A stretch of 64,000 nucleotides of DNA from Hyalangium minutum (GTDB lineage Bacteria > Myxococcota > Myxococcia > Myxococcales > Myxococcaceae): positions 806,001-870,000 of the forward strand of contig NZ_JMCB01000001.1 of the NCBI RefSeq assembly GCF_000737315.1. The letters run 5' to 3'. The notes under the pieces are model-generated. The model searched no databases and was not told where the DNA came from. It worked only from the letters and a program-made list of their open reading frames with translations. How positions within the stretch are numbered: position 1 is the stretch's first letter; every line of letters begins with the position of its first letter. Of the stretch, positions 10,584-16,812 are shown one piece after another. The translations under genes were made by a program, and so were the position numbers.

Positions 10584-11468
10584 CTAGACAGCCGGGCCTC
10601 GGTCGAGCATCAGCGCGATGAAGAGGCCCGTGAGATAGAGCAGAGAGTAGAAGAACGTCTGCCGGGCCCAAGGCTTTCCCATCTGCTTGAAGAAACCCCA
10701 CGCCCCGAGCCCCAAGAAGGTGAGCCCCAGCGCCACGGCCACCAGCAGGTACCACGGCCCGGCGATGTGCAGCTGGTACGGCAGCAGCGTCATCGGCACC
10801 AGCGCCACCACATAGAGGACGATCTGCGCCCGGCTGGACTCATCCCCGCGCTCGATGGGCACGGACTTGAGCCCCGCCGCCGCGTACTCCTCCTTGCGGA
10901 ACAGGGCGATGGCCAGGAAGTGGGGCATCTGCCACAGAAAGAGGATGGAGAAGAGGACGAAGCCCCCGGTGTCCAGCTGCCCGGTGACGGCCGTCCATCC
11001 CATCAGCGGCGGCAGCGCGCCCGGCACGGCGCCCACAATCATCGCCGCCGAGGTGCGCGCCTTGAGCGGCGTGTACACGAGCACGTAGCTCAGGAAAGCC
11101 AGCAGGCCCAGCGCCGCCGTGAGCACGTTGGCCCCCAGGGCCAGCGCCGGCAGGGAGACGCCCACCAGCGACAGGCCGAACCACAGCGCCACGCCCGGCT
11201 CCATGCGCCCGGAGGGCAGCGGCCGGTTGTGCGTGCGCGCCATGAAACGGTCGCTCTGCCGCTCGATGTAGCAGTTGAGCGTGTTGGCGGCGGCCACGGT
11301 TCCGGCGGTGGCCAACATCGTCACCAGCACCCGGGCGACGGACAGCTCACCGGGAGCCAGGAAGACGCCCCCCGCGGTGGTCGCCAGCACCAGGCTCGAC
11401 AGCCTGGGCTTCGTCAGGGAGATCAGATCCGACGCAGTCGTCGAAAGGGACACGGCTCGCGCGCTCAC
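10584..11468 (-). CDS. cyoE: Protoheme IX farnesyltransferase (heme O synthase)
   Basis: LTKPRL, NTLNCYIERQSDRFMARTHNRPLPSG, YTPLKART, GAVPGALPPLMGW, LWQMPHFLAIA. GTG start behind AGGAG. Confidence 0.93.
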   Translation of the reverse strand: MSARAVSLSTTASDLISLTKPRLSSLVLATTAGGVFLAPGELSVARVLVTMLATAGTVAAANTLNCYIERQSDRFMARTHNRPLPSGRMEPGVALWFGLSLVGVSLPALALGANVLTAALGLLAFLSYVLVYTPLKARTSAAMIVGAVPGALPPLMGWTAVTGQLDTGGFVLFSILFLWQMPHFLAIALFRKEEYAAAGLKSVPIERGDESSRAQIVLYVVALVPMTLLPYQLHIAGPWYLLVAVALGLTFLGLGAWGFFKQMGKPWARQTFFYSLLYLTGLFIALMLDRGPAV

Positions 11469-11572
11469 ACAATCTCCTGGGGTGGGGCTCGGGCAGCCCC
11501 GCCCCTTACCCGCATCCCACGCGGACGGCAAGCCGCGTGTATCAGCTCTGCTTTTCGCAGACAGCGGGGCGC

Positions 11573-13948
11573 CTACCCTCCCGAGGCCAGGCGCTGCAGC
11601 TCCGGGGCGTGCTCGCCCTTGGGCTCGATCTTCAGGTACTCCTGCGCCAGCATCTTGACCTTGTCGCCCTGCTTGCGGTCCTTGCTGAGCATGGTGGCGT
11701 AGAAGTAGTAGGCCGGCCCGTAACCGCCGTTGGCCTCGATGGCCTTCTGGAAGGAGTCCTCGGCCTTGGCCGTGTCGCCCTTGCCCACGTAGACGCGGCC
11801 CAGCTCGGTGAGCGCCAGCGCAGCCCGGTCAGGCTGGCCGATGAACTCCTGGACGGCCTTGTCCAGCTGCTCCTTGGCCTTGTCCCAGTCGGAGCGCTCC
11901 CGGTAGATGGTGCCCATGGCGAGGCGGGCCTCGGGGTTCTTGGCCTTCGGATCCTTCACCGCGCGCTGGTACTGGGCGAGCGCCTCGTCCAGCTTGCCCT
12001 GGCGCTGGTAGGCCTGGCCGAGCATCAACACCAGCTTGGGGCTGTCGCCCATCGTCTTGAGAGCGGTGGTGAGCGCCTCGGCGGCCTCCTTCTCGCCGCC
12101 CTGCTTGGCCATGAGCGCCTTGGCCAGCTCCACGTAGAGCTGGGCGCGCGTGGGGTCCACCTTGATGGCCTCGCGGATGGCGGAGACGGCCTGATCAGCC
12201 TGGCCCTCGAGCAGCAGCCTGCGGCCCTTGATGAGGAACAGCTCCGGGTTGGTCTTGTCGAGCGCGAAGCCATCCTTCTCGGCCTTGTCCAGCATGGTGC
12301 GCGCCGCGGCCTTGTCCACCGGGACGCCCGTGGCCTCGGAGAGCTTCTGCTGAATGTCCGGCTTGAGGGTGTCCATGGCCAGGGAGACGCGGCTGATCAG
12401 CAGCGAGCGCGCCAGCTGCGCGGTGGCCAGCTGCCGCGGCGAGGGCGGCGGATCGGCCTCCAGCAGCTTCTTGAGCATCTTCGAGGCCAGCTCGTAGAGA
12501 TCCAGGCCCGGCGTCTCCTGGTCCAGCATCAGCAGCGACTTGCCGAGCATGGACTCGGGGTGGTCCTTCTCGTAGCGAAGGGCGAAGTCGTACTTCTGCC
12601 AGGCGGTGTTGTCCTGGCCGAGCCGGCGGTACACGGCACCCAGGCTGGCGTAGATGCGCGGATCATCCGGAGACAGGCCCTGCGCCTTGTCCAGGCTGTC
12701 GCGGGAACGGTCCAGGTCGCCGGCGTTCATCTGCGCCAGGCCCAGCGTGAGGTACAGGAGGGAGCTGGCCTTGCCCTGCGCGTCGAAGGCCTTCACGCGC
12801 TCTTCGAGCTCGCCCAGGGCATCCTTGCCCTTGCCGCCGTACGTCTTGATGAGGGCCTCGGCGGCGTACAGGTGGGAGCTGACCTCGCCTCCCTTCTTGG
12901 CGGCGTCCAGGTGCTCCTCGGCCTTGCGGCGCGCGTCGTCACCGCCACCGTGCTCGCCCCAGCGGATGGCCCAGGCATAGGCCAGGTAGCCGTGCGCGGC
13001 GGTGGAGTCCGGGAACACCTCGAGCGCCTTGTCCGCCTGCTCCACGGCCTTCTTGTACGAGTCGAAGGAGTCGTGCTTGAGCTGCTCGGTGGCGCCGTCC
13101 AGGTGCTTCTTGAACTCGCGGTTGAGCTCCTTCATGTGCCGCGAGTACGCGTAGTACCCGCCGATGGAGAGCACTGCGGCCACGAAGAGGCCCAGGGTGA
13201 TGTACTTGCTCGAGCCGCCCTGCTTCCCGCGGCGCTTCGAGCCGACATCATCGTCATCATCGTCGTCCACTTCATCGACGACGACGGGGCGGCGCGGCTG
13301 CGGACGGGGCTGAGCGGCCGGGCTGGGCTGCGGCGCGGGAATGGCACGACCCGCGGGAGAGGACACGCGGGGCGCCGCCGCGGGGTTCGGATTCGCGACG
13401 GGCGCGGGCGCGGCCACCGGTGCCTGAGCCACGGGAGCGGCCGTCACCGGAGCCTGAGCGACAGGCGCGGCCACCGGGGCGGCCACGGGCGCGGGCGCCG
13501 GGGCTGGAGCGGCAGCCTTGGGCTGCTCCACCTTGTACTGCTGCATCAAGGCGAGCGTCTCCGAGTCGGTCGGATCCGCCTCGAAGGCCTTCAGGAGGTT
13601 GGACTTGCCGGGCTCGGCCTCGCCGGTCTTCAGCTGCAGCATGCCCACCATGCGGAGGGCTGCCTTGTCGGCAGGCTGGACCTGGAGGCCACCGAGTGCC
13701 TCCTCGAGGGCCTTCTTGTCCTTGCCCTGCTGGAGGTACACGCGGGCAAGCAGGAGTCGGGGATCGGCCGCGTTGGGATGGGCTTTGACGCCCTTCTTGC
13801 AGACGACCATCGCCTCCATGAAGCGGCCCATGCCCAGATACGCCTCGGCGAGCGGCTTGTAAGCATCGGACGACGGGTCTGCGGCGAACGCGTGCTCGAG
13901 CTTCGCGAGCTCGGCCGGGCTCAACGTCTTCAAGGGAGAGGTAGACAT
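11573..13948 (-). CDS. Single-pass membrane TPR protein (TPRs on both sides of the membrane)
   Basis: N-terminal TPRs (PLAEAYLGMGRFMEA), Pro/Ala linker, acidic run, basic residues, TM YITLGLFVAAVLSIGGYYAY, then many TPRs. Start MSTSPLKT at 13948. Confidence 0.85.
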   Translation of the reverse strand: MSTSPLKTLSPAELAKLEHAFAADPSSDAYKPLAEAYLGMGRFMEAMVVCKKGVKAHPNAADPRLLLARVYLQQGKDKKALEEALGGLQVQPADKAALRMVGMLQLKTGEAEPGKSNLLKAFEADPTDSETLALMQQYKVEQPKAAAPAPAPAPVAAPVAAPVAQAPVTAAPVAQAPVAAPAPVANPNPAAAPRVSSPAGRAIPAPQPSPAAQPRPQPRRPVVVDEVDDDDDDDVGSKRRGKQGGSSKYITLGLFVAAVLSIGGYYAYSRHMKELNREFKKHLDGATEQLKHDSFDSYKKAVEQADKALEVFPDSTAAHGYLAYAWAIRWGEHGGGDDARRKAEEHLDAAKKGGEVSSHLYAAEALIKTYGGKGKDALGELEERVKAFDAQGKASSLLYLTLGLAQMNAGDLDRSRDSLDKAQGLSPDDPRIYASLGAVYRRLGQDNTAWQKYDFALRYEKDHPESMLGKSLLMLDQETPGLDLYELASKMLKKLLEADPPPSPRQLATAQLARSLLISRVSLAMDTLKPDIQQKLSEATGVPVDKAAARTMLDKAEKDGFALDKTNPELFLIKGRRLLLEGQADQAVSAIREAIKVDPTRAQLYVELAKALMAKQGGEKEAAEALTTALKTMGDSPKLVLMLGQAYQRQGKLDEALAQYQRAVKDPKAKNPEARLAMGTIYRERSDWDKAKEQLDKAVQEFIGQPDRAALALTELGRVYVGKGDTAKAEDSFQKAIEANGGYGPAYYFYATMLSKDRKQGDKVKMLAQEYLKIEPKGEHAPELQRLASGG

Positions 13949-14036
13949 TTCCGGAAGATGCGCCTGAAAAGGAGAGTTTTTATGACACCCGCACCTGTGC
14001 GCGTCAAATGGGACTGCACGGTTTCCTTGCTCTTGC

Positions 14037-14065
14037 TTGACAGCCTCGCAGGGGTTCGGTATCTG
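14037..14065 (+). promoter_or_regulatory. Candidate sigma-70 promoter for tRNA-Ala
   Basis: TTGACA-N17-TATCTG about 65 nt upstream of the tRNA. Confidence 0.45.
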
Positions 14066-14130
14066 CCGCTTCACTTCATCCGGCCCCAACGGACGGAGGC
14101 GCCCAGCAGCCGGGCGGTTGCACACATTGT

Positions 14131-14206
<76 letters not shown>

Positions 14207-14216
14207 AGAAGGACAG

Positions 14217-14246
14217 AGGGCCTCACTGGAGACAGTGAGGCCCTTT
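14217..14246 (+). terminator. Terminator after tRNA-Ala
   Basis: AGGGCCTCACTG-GAGA-CAGTGAGGCCCT followed by TT. Confidence 0.7.
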
Positions 14247-14273
14247 GCATTTGGGCCACAAGCAAATTGCAAA
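14244..14273. promoter_or_regulatory. AT-rich imperfect inverted repeat upstream of the chaperone module
   Basis: TTTGCATTTG-N9-CAAATTGCAAA ending 27 nt before ATG 14301. Confidence 0.3.
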
Positions 14274-14300
14274 GGTCGCCGGCTTTGTTATCCGGGGCCG

Positions 14301-14903
14301 ATGACCGAACAGCCGTCGCTTTCGTTCTTCGCCCGCCTCTGGCTCGCGTTCCTCTGCTTCTGGCGGGTGCTCTTCTCGCGCCCCTTCGCCCAGGCCGTCC
14401 ATCCGCTGAGCCAGGCGTATGACGCTGGGACGCTGGGTGCGGGTTCCCCCACCCCGGCCCTGCCCAAGCCCGAGCCCACGCCGGTGAAGGTGGCGCCTCC
14501 GCCCGTGCTGCCTCCCGAGCGGGAGCACGCCTCGGCGCTCGTGCTGCTGTCCATGCTCCAGCGAGAGGGCCGACTGATCGACTTCCTCCAGGAGAACGTG
14601 GCCAGCTTCCCGGACGCGGATGTGGGCGCGGCCGCGCGCATCGTCCACGAGGGCTGCCGCAAGGTGGTCCAACAGTACCTGTCGCTCAAGCCGGTGATGA
14701 CCGAAGGCGAGGGCGCCCGGGTGACGGTGCCCGCAGGCTTCGATGCGCAGCGCATCCGCCTGACGGGAAACGTGGCGGGCCAGCCCCCGTTCGCCGGCTC
14801 GCTCAAGCATCAGGGATGGGTGACGACGGAGGTGAAGTTCCCCACCGTGAGCCCAGCGTTGGACCCGCGCGTGCTGGCCCCCGCTGAGGTCGAGCTGAGC
14901 TGA
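14301..14903 (+). CDS. DUF2760-like protein; candidate divergent GrpE-like nucleotide-exchange factor
   Basis: Amphipathic N-helix FFARLWLAFLCFWRVLF; LLSMLQREGRLIDFLQE...DVGAAARIVHEGCRKV; C-terminal GFDA...HQGW...RVLAPAEVEL. The DUF name is recalled, not searched. Confidence 0.75.
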   Translation: MTEQPSLSFFARLWLAFLCFWRVLFSRPFAQAVHPLSQAYDAGTLGAGSPTPALPKPEPTPVKVAPPPVLPPEREHASALVLLSMLQREGRLIDFLQENVASFPDADVGAAARIVHEGCRKVVQQYLSLKPVMTEGEGARVTVPAGFDAQRIRLTGNVAGQPPFAGSLKHQGWVTTEVKFPTVSPALDPRVLAPAEVELS

Positions 14904-14934
14904 GCCTTCACTCTGAGAGGAGCTGACGCCGTCT

Positions 14935-16788
14935 ATGGCCCGCTACGCGATCGGGATCGATCTGGGCACCACGCACTGCGCGGTGTCGTACTTCAACCTC
15001 GAGGAGGGCAAGCCCCGGGGCTCGGCCCAGTCCATGCTGCCCATTCCGCAGCTGACGGCCCCCGGCACGGTGGAGGCCCGCACGCTGCTGCCCTCCTTCC
15101 TCTACCTGCCGAGCGAGCAGGAGTTCCCTGCCGGGAGCTTGGGGCTGCCGTGGAAGCCGGACGCCACGACGTTCGCGGGCGAGTTCGCCCGAGCGCATGG
15201 CGCCAAGGTGCCGACGCGGCTGGTGTCCTCGGCGAAGAGCTGGCTGAGCCACCCGGGTGTGGATCGGCGCTCGGCGATGCTGCCATGGCAGGCGCCACCC
15301 GAAGTGCAGCGGGTGTCTCCGCTGGAGGCCTCGGCGCGCTACCTCCGTCATATGCGGGAGGCGTGGGACCACACGTTTGCCCGGTCTCGGGAGGAGGCGG
15401 GCAACGCGCTGGCGCAACAGGATGTGATCATCACGGTTCCGGCCTCGTTCGACGCGGCGGCGCGTGAGCTGACGCTGGAGGCGGCCCAGGCGGCGGGGAT
15501 CCCGAACATCACCCTGCTGGAGGAACCGCAGGCCGCGCTGTACGCGTGGCTGGAGGCCCAGGGTGAAGGGTTCCGCAAGCGGGTGAAGCCGGGCGAGGTC
15601 ATCCTGGTGGTGGACGTGGGCGGCGGCACGTCGGACTTCTCCGTCATTACGGTGCGGGAGCGCGACGGTGAGGTGGAGCTGGTGCGCGTGGCTGTGGGCG
15701 ACCACATCCTGCTGGGCGGCGACAACATGGACCTGGCGCTGGCGCACACGCTGAACCAGCGGCTGGCCGCCGAGGGCAAGAAGCTGGATCCGTGGCAGTT
15801 CAACGCGCTGACCTACGGTTGCCGCCAGGCGAAGGAGACGCTGTACGGAGATCCGAAGCTGGCGAAGGCGCCCATCTCCATTCCGGGCCGTGGCTCGTCG
15901 CTCATCGGCGGGACGCTGCGCACGGAATTGCCTCGCGAGGAGCTGGACCGGCTGCTCACGGACGGCTTCTTCCCCGTGATGCCGGTGACGGAGCTGCCGC
16001 GCACGGCACGGCGCACGGGTCTGGCACAGATGGCACTGCCGTACGCGCAGGATGCCGGGGTGACGCGGCACCTGGCGGCGTTCCTCACCCGGCAGGCGCA
16101 GGCGCTCGCGTCCTCTCCGGACTCACCGGTGAATGTGGGGGGCAAGTCCTTCCTCCACCCCACGGCGGTGCTCTTCAACGGAGGCGTCTTCAAGGCGGGG
16201 CCGCTCAAGGCCCGCGTCATGGAGGTGCTGAACGGGTGGCTGACGGCGGACGGCGGGCAGCCCGCACAGGAGCTGGCGGGGGCGGACCTGGACCTGTCGG
16301 TGGCGCGCGGCGCGGCGTACTACGGGTGGGTGCGCCAAGGGCACGGCCTGCGGATTCGCGGTGGCACGGCTCGGGCGTATTACGTGGGGGTGGAAACGGC
16401 CATGCCTGCGGTGCCCGGCATGGAGCCTCCGGTGAAGGCGCTCTGTGTGGCGCCCTTCGGCATGGAGGAAGGGACCCAGGCCGACGTTCCGCCGCAGGAG
16501 TTCGGCCTCGTCACGGGTGAGCCCACGCAGTTCCGGTTCTTCGTCTCATCGGTCCGACGCGACGACAAGGTGGGCAACATGATCGACGACGTGGCCGGCC
16601 GGGACGATCTGGAGGAGCTGGCGCCCATCGAGACGAGCCTGCCGGGTCAGCCTCAGCCCTTTGGGGACCTGACGCCAGTGAACTTGCAGGCGGCGGTGAC
16701 AGAGGTGGGAACCCTGGAGCTGCGCTGCCTGGAGAAGAATGGCCCCGGCCGCTGGAAGCTGGAGCTCAACGTGCGCATGAAGGAGTAA
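14935..16788 (+). CDS. Atypical Hsp70-family ATPase (A)
   Basis: IGIDLGTTHC, VSSAKSWL, ITVPASFD, LEEPQAA, VDVGGGTSDF, LGGDNMD, VARGAAYYG. No canonical DnaK substrate-binding domain or lid sequence is recognisable. Confidence 0.92.
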   Translation: MARYAIGIDLGTTHCAVSYFNLEEGKPRGSAQSMLPIPQLTAPGTVEARTLLPSFLYLPSEQEFPAGSLGLPWKPDATTFAGEFARAHGAKVPTRLVSSAKSWLSHPGVDRRSAMLPWQAPPEVQRVSPLEASARYLRHMREAWDHTFARSREEAGNALAQQDVIITVPASFDAAARELTLEAAQAAGIPNITLLEEPQAALYAWLEAQGEGFRKRVKPGEVILVVDVGGGTSDFSVITVRERDGEVELVRVAVGDHILLGGDNMDLALAHTLNQRLAAEGKKLDPWQFNALTYGCRQAKETLYGDPKLAKAPISIPGRGSSLIGGTLRTELPREELDRLLTDGFFPVMPVTELPRTARRTGLAQMALPYAQDAGVTRHLAAFLTRQAQALASSPDSPVNVGGKSFLHPTAVLFNGGVFKAGPLKARVMEVLNGWLTADGGQPAQELAGADLDLSVARGAAYYGWVRQGHGLRIRGGTARAYYVGVETAMPAVPGMEPPVKALCVAPFGMEEGTQADVPPQEFGLVTGEPTQFRFFVSSVRRDDKVGNMIDDVAGRDDLEELAPIETSLPGQPQPFGDLTPVNLQAAVTEVGTLELRCLEKNGPGRWKLELNVRMKE

Positions 16789-16812
16789 GAAGCACCGCGG
16801 CACGGGAGGCTT

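Noticed and set aside
2600-11500. tRNA-Ile2 or tRNA-Ala as integration sites of a genomic island or prophage
   Set aside because: I saw no duplicated tRNA 3' end (attR), integrase or phage gene in the window. An exact-match search was not possible, so a short att could have been missed.
14244-14273. CIRCE (HrcA operator) upstream of the Hsp70 module
   Set aside because: The arms differ from TTAGCACTC/GAGTGCTAA, and the spacing for 9-mer arms is 12, not 9.
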